The notes under the pieces were generated by a model that was not told the origin of the DNA, made no database searches, and saw only the letters and a list, made by a program, of their open reading frames with translations. Positions 14,940 to 28,313 of a stretch of DNA of 64,000 nt are shown piece after piece. The DNA lies in assembly GCF_009914755.1 (NCBI RefSeq), contig NC_060936.1, one strand, 5' to 3'. A program made the translations under genes and the position numbers. Numbering within the stretch: the stretch's first letter is position 1; the number at the start of each line of letters is the position of its first letter. This DNA is from the human T2T-CHM13v2.0 reference genome, Homo sapiens.

Positions 14940-15337
14940 CATCCTAGTCCATTTTGTGTTGCTACAACAGAATACCTGAAACTGGGTAATTTATAAAGAA
15001 AAGAAATTTATTTGGCTCACAATTCTGGAGGTTGGGAAGTCCAAGAGCATGCTGTTGGCATCTTGGAGGGCCTTAGTGCTGCATTATCCCATGGTGGAAC
15101 TCAGAAGGGTAAGAGGGTGAAAGTAAATGGAAAGAAGCCAAACTCATCCCTTTATCAGGAACCAACTTCTATGATAAATAACCCATTCCTGTGATAAAGC
15201 TGATGCCTTTATCCCATTCATGAAGGCAGAGCCTTCATGCCCTAATCACCCCTTAAAGGCCCTACCTCTCAACATTGTTGCATTGGGGATTAAGTTTCTA
15301 ACACATGAACTTTGGGGTACACACTCAAGCCATAGCA
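14940..15337 (-). mobile_element. MST (ERVL-MaLR) solo LTR nested in L1
   Basis: ctagtccattttgtgttgctacaacagaatacc...ccatagca. Degenerate 5-bp TSD atcgg/gtcag; L1 resumes on both sides. Confidence 0.85.
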
Positions 15338-17848
15338 GTCAGTAATCAAAAACCTCCCAACAAAGAAAATTCCAGGTCCAGATGGCTTCACTGGTGAATT
15401 CTACCAAACATTTAAAGAAGAATTGATGCCAATTTTTCTCAAACTCTTTTCAAAAATTGAAAAGGAAGGAACACTTCCAAACTCATTTTTATGAACCCAG
15501 CAAAACCTCGATACCAAAGCTAAACAAAGACACTATACGAAAACTATAGGCTAATAGTCCTGATGAACATACATACAAAAATCTTCAACAAAATGCCAGC
15601 AAACTAATTCAACAGCATATTAAAAGTGTCACACACCATGTCCAAGTGGGATTTATACCTGGGATGCAAGGATGGTTAAATATATGAAAATTAATTAATG
15701 CGATACATCACATTAACAGAATAAAGGATAAAATCACATGACTATCTCAATAGATGCAGAAGAATTCGATAAAATTCAACACATTTTCATGATAAAAACT
15801 CTCAACAAACTAGGAATAGGAAGTAAGTACCTCAACATAATAAATGTTACATACAGAAAGCTCATAGCTAACATCATATTCAGTGGTGAAAACTGAAAGC
15901 TTTTCCACTAAGATCAGAAACAAGGCATGGATACCCAGTCCTTTCTATTCAACAGAGTACTGGAAGTCCTAGCCAGAGCAACCAGGCAAGAAAAAGAAAC
16001 AAAAGGTAACCAAATTAGAAAGGAATAAGTAAAATTGTCCCTATTTGCAGATGACATGATTTTATATAGAAAAGCCCAAAGACTCCACTAAAAAACTGTT
16101 ACAACTAATAAATTGAGTAAAGTTGTAAAATACAAAATTAACATACAAAAATCAATTACATTTCTATACACTAATAATGAACTGTCTGAGAAATTAGCAA
16201 TCTCATTTACAATAACATAAAAAATATTTTTAGGAATGAAATTAACTAGGGAAGTATATCCTGAAAACTACAAAACATTGATAAAAGAAATTAAAGAAGA
16301 CCAAACAAATGGAAAGACATCCTACATTCATGGATTTGAAGACTTAATATTGTTAAAATGTCCCCAAATGATCTATAGATCAATGCAATTCCTGTCAAAA
16401 TCCCAATGGCATTTTTTATAGAAATAGAAAAAAATACCCAATTCCACAATTCACATGGAGCCACAAAAGAACCTGAACAGTCAATGCAATCTTGAAAACT
16501 AACAAAGGTGGAGGCATCACAGTTTCTGATTTCAAAATATAACACAAAGTTATAGTAATCAAAACAGTGTGGTGGTGGGATAAAGACAGAAATATAGACG
16601 AGTTACCCAGAAGTAAACCCACACATATATGGTCAACTGATCTTTAACAATGATGTCAACAATACACAATGGGGAAAGGATAGTCTCTTCAACAAGTGGT
16701 GTTGAGAAAACTGGATATCCACATGCAAAATAATAAAATTGGACCTTTATTTTATAACATACACAAAAATCAACTCAAAATGGATTAAAGCCTTAAAGGT
16801 AAGACCTGGAACTATAAAACCCCTAGAGGAAAACATAGGGAGAAATCTTCATGACGTTGGCCTTGACAATGATTTTGTGGCTATGACACCAAAAAAAGCA
16901 TAGGTAACAAAGCAAAATAGACAAGTGGGACTGCCTCAAACTAAAAAGCTTCTACCAGAAAAGAAACAATCAACAGAGTGAAAAGACATCCTATAAAATG
17001 GGGAAATATTTGCAAACCATATTTCTGATAAAGGGTTAATTTCCAAAATATGTAAGAAGACTTATATATAAGAAACTCCTATAACACAATAGTAAAAAAA
17101 CTAGTAACCTGCTTAAATAATTGGGCTAAAGACTTGAATACACATTTTTCCAAAGTGGACATACAAATGGCCAACAAGTTTATGAAAAGATGCCCAGTCA
17201 CTAGTCATCAGGGAAATGCAAATATAAACCACCATGAGATATCACCTCACACTTGTTAGGATGGCTATTATAAAAATACACACACACACACACACACACA
17301 AAGACAACACATGTTGATAAAATGTAAAGAAATTTGAATCCTTATACAGTGTTGGAGGGGAATGCAAAATGATGCTGCCGCTATGACAAACAGCATGGAG
17401 ATTTTTCAAAATATTAAAAATAGAACTAGCATAGGATTCAGCAAACCCACTTCTGGGTATTTGTCCAAAAGAACTGAAGTCAGGATGTCAAAGAGATATT
17501 ACCATTCCCATATTCATTGCAGCACTATTTATAATCGCCAAGCTGTGGAAATAAAAACTAAGTGTTCACTGACAGATTAATGGATTTTTAACAATGTCAT
17601 ATAGACATGTAATAGAATACTATTTAGTTATACAAAAGAAGGAAAGCCTGCAACATGGAACAACATGTATAAATGTTGAGGACATTATAGTAAGTGAAAT
17701 GAGCCAGTCAGAAAAGGACAAATACTGCATAATTGCACTTATATGAAGCGTCTAAAATAGGCAAACTCATAGAAACAGAGGGTGAATAGTTATTGTCAGG
17801 GGCGGGGGGATGGGGAAAATGGAAAGTTGCTAATCAATAGGCAAAATA

Positions 17849-18158
17849 TTTTTATTTTTATTTTTATTTTTTTGAGATGGAGTCTCACTCTGTCACCCAG
17901 ATTGGAGTCCAGTGGCACGATCTTAGCTCACTGCAACCTCCACCTCCTGGGTTCAAGTGATTCTCCTGCCTTAGCCTCCTGAGTAGCTGGGACTACAGGT
18001 GTGCACCACCACACCCAGCTAATATTTTTTGTATTTTTAATAGAGACGGGGTTTCACCGTGTTGGTCAGACTGGTCTCGAACTCCAGATCTCAAATGATC
18101 CTCCCGCCTCGGGCTCCCAAAGTGCTGGGATTACAGGAGTGAGCCACTGAGCCTGGCC
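17849..18158 (-). mobile_element. AluS nested in L1 3' UTR
   Basis: Full dimer with flanking aatattt duplication. Confidence 0.93.
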
Positions 18159-18903
18159 ACAATATTTCAATTATACAGGATACACAACTTTGTGTCTATA
18201 GATAGCATTACTGTATTTTACATTTAAAAGTCTATTAAGAGGGCAGATTTCATGCCAAGTGTTCTCATCACAATAAAAAAAAATGAAAACAACACCAATG
18301 ATAAAAAGGCGGTAGATAAATAAATACCCCAGTTTCCTCATCTATCAATCAGCTGGGGTAATTCTGTAGTATGGTCTACACTGTCTCCCAGTGTTCTGAA
18401 ATGGGATTAAGCCTTTTTCCCCTAGGGATAATCACAATAATTCACAATTTATTGGTTTCCTTCACGGTCCCATTTTGCTTCCCACTCCTTCTCTGGTACT
18501 CTTGACTACAATAAATCATTTTCCCTGTAAAGAACGTAGTCTTTTTATTCCCTCAAAAAATATTTGGGATGCTTTTGATACTGATTTAATTAATGAATCA
18601 ATTATATTACTTCATTATGAAGTTGCTCTTTGGAATAATTATCATAAAAACATAACATGGGTTCTGTCAGTCTACACATTTTAGGATGATTTTACCAGCA
18701 TGAATGATAATAAAGGTTAAGATAATAAAAAAGTCATCAAATTGTATACTTACATATGTGAACACTATTGTATATAACATAATTCAGTAAATTTGATTTT
18801 TATATGGATAGACACAATATTAAATGTGTTGACATATGTATATGAACTTAATCAGAGATTAACTTAAGAATTATGTTCAAGGATGTTTCTCACTGCTATT
18901 TTT

Positions 18904-21900
18904 TTATTATTATACTTTAAGTTTTCAGATACATGTGCAGATCCTGCTGGTTTGTTTCATAGATATACATGTGGCACAGTGGTTTGCTGCACCCATCAAC
19001 CCATCATCTAGGTTTTAAGCCCTGCATGCATTAGGTATTTCTCCTACTGCTATCCCTTCCTTTGCCCCCCACCCCGATAGGCCCTGGTGTGTGATGTTCC
19101 CCTCCCTGTGTCCATGTGTTCTTATTGTTCAACTCCCACTTAGGAGTGAGAACATGCAGTGTTTGGTTTTCTGTTCCTGTGTTAGTTTGATGAGAATGAT
19201 GGTTTCCAGCTTCATCCGTGTCCCTGCAAAAGACATGTTATCCTTTTTTATGGCCGCATAGTATTCCATGGTGTATATATGCCACATTTTCTTTGTCCAG
19301 TCTATCATCGATGGGCATTTGGGTTGGTTCCAAGTCTTTGCTATTGTAAACAGCGCTGCAATAAACATACGTGTGCACATGTCTTTATAGTAGAATGATT
19401 TATAATGCTTTGGGTATATACCCAGTAATGGGATTGCTAGGTCAAATGGTAATTCCAGCTCTAGTCCTTCAGGAATCACCACACTGTCTTCCACAATGGT
19501 TGAACTAATTTATACTCCCATCAACAGTGTAAAAGTGTTACTGTTTCTTCACATGCTCACCAGCATCTGTTGTTTCCTGACTTTTTAATGATTACCATTC
19601 TAACTGGTGTGAGATGGTATCTCATTGTAGTTTTGATTGCATTTCTCTAATGACCAGTGATGATGAGCCTTTTTTCAGGTGTTTGTTGGCTGCATAAATG
19701 TCCTCTTTTGAGAAGTGTCTGTTAATATCCTTTGCCCACTTTTTAATGGGGTTGTTTGTTTTTTCGGGTAAATTTGTTTAAGTTCCTTGTAGATTCTGGA
19801 TATTAGACCTTTGTCAGATTGGTAGATTGTAAAAATTTTCTCCCATTCTGTAGGTTGCCTGTTCACTCTGATGATAGTTTATTTTGCTGTGCTGAAGCTC
19901 TTTAGTTTAATTAGATCCCATTTGTCAATTTTGGCTTTTGTTGCAACTTGCTTTTGGTGTTTTAGTCATGAAGTCTTTCCCCATGCCTATTTCTTGAATG
20001 GCATTGCCTAGGTTTTCTTCTAGGGTTTTTATGGTTTTAGGTCTTATGTTTAAGTCTTTAATCCATCTTGAGTTAACTTTTGTATAAGGTGTAATGAAGG
20101 GGTCCAGTTTCAGTTTTCTGTATATGGCTAGCCAGTTTTCCCAACACCTTTTATTAAACAGGAAATCCTTTCCCCATTTCTTGTTTTTGTCAGGTTTGTC
20201 AAAGATCAGATGGTTGTAGATGTGCGGTGTTATTTCTGAGGCTTCTGTTCTGTTCCATTGGTATATATATCTGTTTTGGTAAGAGTACCATGCAGTTTTG
20301 GTTACTGTAGCCTTTCAGTATAGTTTGAAGTCAGGAAATGTGATGCCTCCAGCTTTGTTCTTTTTGCCTAGGATTGTCTTGCTATGCGGACTTTTTTTGT
20401 TGTTCCATATGAAATTTAAAGTAGTTTTTTCTAATTGTATGAAGAAAGTCAACAGTAGCTTGATGAAAATGGCATTGAATCTACAAATTACTTTGGGCAG
20501 TATGGCTATTTTCACGATATCGATTCTTCCTATTTGTTTGTGTCCTCTCTTATTTTCTTGAGCAGTGGTTTGTAGTTCTCCTTGAAGAGGTCCTTCACAT
20601 CCCTTGTAAGTTGTATTCCTAGGTGTTTTATTCTCTTTGTAGCAATTGCGAATGGCAGTTCACTCATGATTTGGCTCTCTGTTTGTCCATTATTGGTGTA
20701 TAGGAATGCTTGTGATTTTTGCACATTGACTTTGCTGAAGTTGCTTACCAGCTTAAAAAGTTTTGGGGCTGAGGCAATGGGGTTTTCTAAATATACAGTC
20801 ATGTCATCTACAAACAGAGACAATTTGACTTCCTATTTGAATACGCTTTATTTTTTGCTCTTGCCTGATTGCCCTGGCCAGAAATTCCAATACTATGTTG
20901 AATAGGAGTGGTGAGAGAGGATATCCTTGTCTTGTGCCAGTTTTCAAAAGGAATGCTTCCAGCTTTTGCCCACTCAGTATGATATTGGCTGTGAATTTGT
21001 CATAAATAGCTCTTATTATCTTGAGATATGTTCCATCAATACCTAGTTTATTGAGCGTTTTTACCATGAAGGGGTGTTGAATTTTATCAAAGGCCTTTTC
21101 TGCATCTATTGAGATAATCGGGTGTTTTTTGTCATTGGTTCTGTTTATGTGATGGATTACATTTATTGATTTGCATATGCTGGACCAGCCTTGCATCTCA
21201 TGGATGAAGCTGACTTGATTGTGGTGTATAAGCTTTTTGATGTGCTGCTGGATTCAGTTTGCCAATATTTTATGGAGGATTTTTGCATTGATGTTCATCA
21301 GGGACATTGGCCTGAAATTTTTGTTGTTGTTGTTGTGTCTCTGCCAGGTTTTGGTATCAGGATGATGGCGGCCTCATAAAATAAGTTAGGGAGGAGTCCC
21401 TGTTTTTCTATTGTTTGGAATAGCTTCAGAAGGAATGGTACCAGCTCCTCTTTGTACCTCTGGTAGAATTTGGCCGTGAATCTGTCTGATCCTGGGCTTT
21501 TTTTTTTGTTGGTAGGCTATTAATTACTACGTCAATTTCAGAACTTGTTATTGGTCAATTGAGGGATTGGACTTATTTCTGGCTTAACCTTGGGAGGGTG
21601 TATGTGACCAGGAATTTATCCATTTCTTCTAGAGTTTCTAGTTTATTTTTGTACAGGTGTTTATAGTATTCTCTGATGGTAGTTTGTATTTCTGTGGCAT
21701 CGGTGATGATCTCCCCTTTGTCATTTTTTATTGTGTCTATTTGATTATTCTCTCTTTTCTTCTTTATTAGCCTGGCTAGTGGTCTATCTATTTTGTTAAT
21801 CTTTTAAAAAACCCAGCTTCTGGATTCATTGATATTTTGAAGGGTTTTTTTGGTGTCTCTATCTCCTTCAGTTCTGCTCTGATCTTAGATATTTCTTATC

Positions 21901-24900
21901 TTCTGCTAGTTTTTGAATTTGTTTGCTCTTGCTTTCCTAGTTCTTTTAATTGTGAAGTTAGGGTGTCAATTTTGGATCTTTCCTACTTTCTTCTTTGGTC
22001 ATTCACAGCTATAAATTTTCCTCGAAACACTGCTTTAGCTGTGTCCCAGAGATTCTGGTATGTTGTGCCTTTGTTCTCATTGGTTTCAAAGAACTTATTT
22101 ATTTCTGCCTTAATTTTGTTATTTACCCAGTAGTCATTCAGGAGCAGGTTGTTCAGTTTTCATGTAGCTGCATGGTTTTGAGTGTGTTTCTTAATCCTGA
22201 GTTCTAATTTGATTGCACTGTGGTCTGAGAGACTGTTATGCTTTCCATTCTTTTGCATTTGCTGAGGAGTGTTTTACTTCCAATTATGTGGTTGATTTTA
22301 GAATAAGTGTGATGTGGTGCTGAGAAGAATGTATATTCCGTTGATTTGGGGTGGAGAGTTCTGTAGATGTCTATTAGGTCTGCTTGGTCCAGAGCCAAGT
22401 TCAAGTCCTGAATATCCTTGTTAATTTTCTGTCTCATCGATCTGTCTAATATTGACAGTGGGGTGTTAAAGTCTCCCACTATTATTGTATGGGAGTCTAA
22501 GTCTTTTTGTAGGTCTCTAAGAACTTGCTTTGTGAAGCTGGGTACTCCTGTATTGGGTGCATATATATTTAGGATAGTTAGCTCTTCTTATTGTATTGAT
22601 CCCTTTACCATTATGTAATGCCCTTCTTTGTCTTTTTTGATCTTTGTTGGTTTAATGTCTGTTTTATTAGAGACTAGGATTGGAACCCCTGCTTTTTTTT
22701 TCACTTTCCATTTGCTTGGTAAATCTTCCTCCATTCCTTTATTTTGAGCCTATGTATGTCTTTGCACATGAGATAGGTCTCCTGAATACAGCACAACAAT
22801 GGATCTTGACTCTTTATCCACAGTCTGTTTCTTTTAATTGGGGCATTTAGCCCATTTACATTTAAGGTTAATATTTTTATTTGTGAATTTGATCCTGTCA
22901 CCATGATGCTAGCTGGTTGTTTTGCCAGTAGTTGATGTAGTTTCTTCATAGTGTCATTGGCCTTATATTTTGGTATGTTTTTGCAGTGGCTGGTATCAGT
23001 TTTTCCTTTTTATATTTAGTGCTTCCTTTGGGAGCTCTTGTAAAGCAGGCCTGGTAGTGACAAAAATCCCTGAGCATTTGCTTGTCTGGAAAGGATTTTA
23101 TTTCTCCTTTGCTAATGAAGCTTAGTTTGGCTGGATATGAAATTCTGGGCTGAAAATTCTTTTCTTTCAGAATGTTGAATATTGGCCCCCACTCTCTTCT
23201 GGCTTGTAAGGTTTCTGCAGAGAGATCCACTGTTAGTCTGATGGGCTTCCCTTTCTAGGTAATCTGACCTTTCTCTTTGGCTGCCTTTAACATTTTTTCC
23301 TTCATTTCCACCTTGGTGAATCTGATGATTATGTGTCTTGGGGTTGTTCTTCTTGAGGAGTATCTTAGTGGTGTTCTCTGTATTTCCTGAATTTGGATTT
23401 TGGCCTGCCTTGCTAGGTTGGAGAAGGTCTCCTAGATAACATCCTGAAGTGTGTTTTCCAACTTGGTTCCATTCTCCCCATCACTTTCAGGTACACCAAT
23501 AAATCGTAGGTTTGGTCTTTTCACATAGTCCTATATTTCTTGGAGGCTTTGTTCATTCCTTTTCATTCTTTTTTCTCTAATCTTGTCTTCACACTTGATT
23601 TCATTAAGTTGATCTTCAATCTCTGATATCCTTTCTTCCACTTGATTGATTCAGCTATTGATACTTGTGTGTGCTTCACGAAGTTCTCATGCTGTGTTTT
23701 TCAGCTCTGTCGGGTCATTTATGTTCTTCTGTAAATGGGTTATTCTAGTTAGCACTTTCTGTAACCTTTTATCAAGGTTCTTAGCTTCCTTAGAACCTTG
23801 TTCCTTTAGCTTGGAGGAGTTTGTTATTACCCACCTTCTGAAGCCTACTCCCGTCAATTTGTCAAAGTCATTCTCCATCCAGTTTTGTTCCCTTGCTGGC
23901 AAGGAGCTGTGATACTTTGAAGGAGAAGAGGCATTCTGGTGTTTGAAATTTTTAACATTTTTGCACTGGTTTTTCCTCATCTTCATGGATTTATCTACCT
24001 TTGATCTTTGATGCTGATGACCTTTGGATGGGGTTTTTGTGTGGGCATCCTTTTTGTTGATGTTAATGCTATTGCTTTCTGTTTGTTATTTTTCCTTCTA
24101 ACAGTCAGGCCCCTCTTCTGCAGGTCTGCTGGAGTTTGCTGGAGGTCCACTCCAGACCCTGTTTGCCTGGGTATCACCAGTGGAGCCTGCAGAACAGCAA
24201 GGATTGCTGCCTGTTCCTTCCTCTGGAAGCTTCATCCCAGAGGGGCACCCTCCAGATGCAAGCTGGTGCTCTCCTGTATGAGGTGTCTGTCGACCCTGCT
24301 GGGAGCTGTCTCTTAGTCAGGAGGCATGGGGGTCAGGGACCCATTTGAGGAGGCAGTCTGTCCCTTACCAGAGCTCAAGGGCTGTGCTGGGAGATCTGCT
24401 GCTCTCTTCAGAGCTGGCAGGCAGGAATGTTTAAGTCTGCTGAAGCTGTGCCTGCAGCTGCCCCTTCCCCCAGGTGCTCTGTCCCAGGAAGATGGGATTT
24501 TTACCTATAATCCCCTGACTGGGGCTGCTGCCTTTCTTTTAGAGATGCCCCGCCAAGAGAGGAGGAATCTAGAGAGTCAGTCTGGATACAGCAGCTTTGC
24601 CACGCTGTGGTGGGCTCCGCCCAGTCCAGACTTCCTGGCGGCTTTGTTTGAGTAGGGGAAAACCAGCTACTCAAGCCTCAGTAATGGTGGACATCCCTCC
24701 CCCAACCAAGCTCGAGCGTCTCAAGCTGACTTCAGACTGCTGTGCTGGCAGCAACAATTTCAAGCTGGTGGATCTTAGCTTGCTGGGCTCCGTGGTGGTG
24801 GGACCTACTGAGCAAGACCACTTGGCTCCCTGGCTTCAGCCCTCTTTCCAGGGGAGTGAATGGTTGTCTCACTGGGCTTCCAAGTACCACTGGGGTACAA

Positions 24901-25316
24901 AAAAAAACCTCCTGCAGCTAGCTTGATGTCTGCCCAAATGGCCACCCAGTTTTGTGCTTGAAACCTAGGGCCCTGGTGGCAAAGGCACTGGAGGGAATCT
25001 CGTGGTCTGCAGGTTGGGAAGACCATGGGAAAAGCGAAGTATCCGGGCCAGAGTGCACACTTCCTCACGGCACAGTCCCTCATGGCTTCCCTTAGCTAGG
25101 GGAGGGAGTTCCCTGACCCTCTGTGCTTCCCAGGTGAGGCGACGCCCCACCCTGCTTTGGCTTGCCCTCTGTGGGCTGCACCCACTGTCTAACCAGTCCC
25201 AGCAAGATGAACTGGGTACCTCAGTTGTAAATGCAGAAATCACCCACCCTCTGCGTTGGTCTAGCTGGGAGCTGCAGACCAGAGCTGTTCCTATTTGGCC
25301 ATGTTGCCCCCTCCTC
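18904..25316 (-). mobile_element. Full-length (about 6.4 kb) L1PA7/PA8-like LINE-1 with ORF1 and ORF2 disrupted
   Basis: In order: 5' UTR (about 24200-25316), ORF1 pieces (ARREWGPIFNILKEKNFQPRISYPAKLSF), endonuclease (GDFNTPLS), RT ([22 protein letters not shown]) and C-terminus (TWNQPKCPSM). 15-bp TSD ctcactg(c/t)tattttt at 18889-18903 and 25317-25331. Confidence 0.95.
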
Positions 25317-25352
25317 CTCACTGTTATTTTTAATAATGAAAAAACAGAAATT

Positions 25353-25645
25353 GGCTGGGTGGTGGCTCCTGCCTGTAATCCCAACACTCTGGGAGGCTGA
25401 GGCCGGTGGATTGCTTGAGGTCAGGAGTTTGAGACCAGACTGGGCAACATAGTGAAACTCCATCTCTACTGAAAATACAAAAATTTGCTGGGGGCAGTAG
25501 TGCACCTATAGTCCTAGCTACTTGGGAGGCTGAGGTGCGAGAATTGCTTGAGCCTGGGAGGTCAAGATTTCAGTGAGCTGAGATCATGCCACTGTACTCC
25601 ATCCTGGGCAACAGAGTGAGACCCTGTCTCAAAAACAACAACAAA
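25353..25645 (+). mobile_element. AluJ-like
   Basis: Diverged dimer with ttgcttgagcctgggaggtcaag and gagaccctgtctc. Confidence 0.9.
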
Positions 25646-26908
25646 TAATCCAGCCATTACCTAAATGCCAAGAAATAAAAGACTGATGTATAAAAACAGG
25701 GGCCTTTGGTGTGATGGATGCATTAGCATTTACAACTGAGTTTCCTGCTCTAGCCTAACCTGCCCTGCAGACCCCTGTAAGTCCTCCCCAAGTATTTCTG
25801 GACTTCCTCTAAGTTCTCCCACAGGAACTCATAAGTCAGACTATTAGATATAATCACATGTGGAATTTGCCTTATTCTTTCTCTTTCTCCCCCTCTCCCT
25901 CCTCAGCATCCTCTACTCACAACACCTTCTGAAGGAGCCTCAGTCCTGCCATGACTGGCAGAACCTATCACGAGCATCGCCGGCATCCATGCCAACAGCT
26001 CACCTGCAAGGCTTTCAACTCTGCTGACCTTCAGAGTGTCAGAGCAGTGCCGAAGCCCAGGACATGGCTGTCATCCCTTATTCCTCCTAGCTCAAATCAC
26101 CCTCAATATCCTGATAGGAACCAAATACCAGGCCATCCCGCCATTTCAGTCTCTGTCCCAAGGACTCCTCATTAAATTCCATCATCATCCTTCAGCTAAC
26201 AACCAAAAGCCTTCCTGAAACACAGCCTCATGCAAATAGGTACTGAGAAAACTTCCTAGCCCCTAGTTCTGCAAACACTCACCTACGCAGTTTAGAATCA
26301 GCTAGGTTACGTGCCTGTGCATTTATATATGCAGATAAATAATACAGCAGCTATACTACAAGTAGGTGTCTCTTCAGCCTGTTTACTTTAATTTTTACAT
26401 ATTAGGCTCATCTCTGAATGCCCAAAAGAGGATGTAACTGATATATTCTCCTGGCAAAAGAGACAGGAGTCATTTCCCAGCTGAGGGGATGGGTTGATGC
26501 TCTTCCATTTTCTCTTAACCCTGTGCAAATGGTGCTGGGCCATAAGAGGACATCTGGGATTCAACTCCCACTGTGTATGGCTAAGAATCAGAACAAAGTA
26601 TGATGTCCACAGAGGACCTTGAGCTCACAGGCTCCATTCCAGAGAGTAATACAGGGATAGTAAACCACTGGAAGCAAAGACTCCCTGTGGAATAGCTGCA
26701 GTCATCCCCCATGCTGGCCCAGCCACCTGAGAAGAGACAGTCTTGTTAGGTTGACTTAACTATTGGTCACCTGAATTTAATTTGGCTTACTGAATTATGG
26801 ATGAAGGAGACAATAATCCCCAAGAGTTGGCCAATCTTTGTCATCAGGGGTTTTCTTATGTTGGTGAGAGTGTTCTAGTACCTTAATAGGCAGCTTGAGT
26901 TTGATGCA

Positions 26909-28313
26909 TGAGTCATAATGAATCAGATGTACCAGAATTGTTGTTTTGATTCAGCTCAGCAGTTATGTCTTTGAATTTGAGTCTCAGATGGGCACCTGAA
27001 TAGACTCATCACAAAGCTTCATTGCAAATTATACAGTGCAGGGAAGCTCAACAAATTATTCTGATTGTTTCCAGAAAGAAAAAGGAAGGCAGGATTATAC
27101 AGCATTTAGTGTCACCAATTAACAAGGTCATGGGGCTGAACCACTCATTCCAAAAACTTAATATCTACAAACTCAAGCACAAGGAGCCTCTTTTAATTAT
27201 TTGGAAACTGTGGGCTGCAGGGAAAGCGAGTGCTCTCAGCCTTGTGATCTGAGCAAGGTTCAGGAGCTGGAGTGGGTTTGGCTGAGTCACCACTGGCTGC
27301 ATGACCCCACACACATCACCTGACCTCCACATGCTTCAGCTGGCCCGGCTGTAGAGATGAGAAAATGCAGCCGGAAGGCCCCAAGGGGCAAAAACAGCCT
27401 TCTGCACACAGCTGCCCTGGGGCAGCTTCCTGCGGCACAGTTTAGCTCTATCAGAGGCAGGGGGACCCTAGTCTGGGCCACCAAAGCAGCCTTACCTAAA
27501 AGCCACCTTTGGGAAAGGGCCTGTTTCATGCCGCAAGTGTAGGAGTATAAGTAAGTAAAACCTTTTTTAAGCCTTGAAAATACTCATATGTTTTGGTTGC
27601 ATGATTTCATTTGAATGAATTTATTCTTAGTCAGGAATCAGAGGCGTACACAAATATGTATGTTCAATCATGCTCATCATAGTGTTAACTTTAGTAACGA
27701 AAAACTGAAAATTATCTAAATGTTCAACTGTAAAGCATTGTACAACAAACTATGGTACATTTTTATTTTGGAAGGTTGTATGGCCATTAAAAAATCACTA
27801 GAACAGAATAATCAATGACCTGGGAAAATGTCCACCGTAGGATAGTATATAGAGAAGGACCGTAAAACAACATTGTTAGAATAATCCAATTTGTTTTACA
27901 CTATATGTACTCCCAGGTGGATAGACAAAAGCCTGGAAGGTGAGACAAGAAATTATTAATGATGTTTAATCTCTGCGTTTGGGGATTATCAGCTCTTTTT
28001 AAAATTTATGGTGCTTGCCTGTATGTTCCAATATTTTCTATCACAATGGTCATGTGTTCTTTTTGCCATAAAAATCAATTTTGAAATTCCCCGAGTTGCT
28101 GTTAACTTGGCCTGTCTGTTGCATATGGGGCCAAACTACACGCCTACCTGTGGAGCAAATGAATACAGTGACTCATCTGTGAGCTGAGGCTTGAGCAATT
28201 CCAGCCCAGGAGGCTCTCCGGCCTGGGAACAGAGTGGGATTTTTTGTCTGAGGAGGCTGAGTCTGGAAGAAGGATGACTCTGTGGGTGGTTTCCTAGATC
28301 CTCAATGCACGTG
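26909..28313. promoter_or_regulatory. Candidate distal enhancer: AP-1 motif cluster plus a CACGTG E-box/HRE
   Basis: Perfect TGA(C/G)TCA at 26909-26915, 27283-27289 and 28169-28175; near-matches at 26919-26925 and 26947-26953; CACGTG at 28308-28313. This is motif evidence only. Confidence 0.5.

Larger units (their letters stand above)
14385..18283 (+). mobile_element. L1MA/MB-type element (about 3.2 kb of decayed ORF2 plus 3' UTR), interrupted by an MST LTR and an Alu
   Basis: ORF2 remnants (ENYKTLIKEIKED; gatggcttcactggtgaattctacc). 3' end ...gtgttctcatcacaataaaaaaaaa. Confidence 0.88.

Noticed and set aside
19129-25400. Many ORFs encoding RT, endonuclease and ORF1p-like peptides
   Set aside because: They are fragments of one decayed L1, broken by stops and frameshifts, not a new retro-system.
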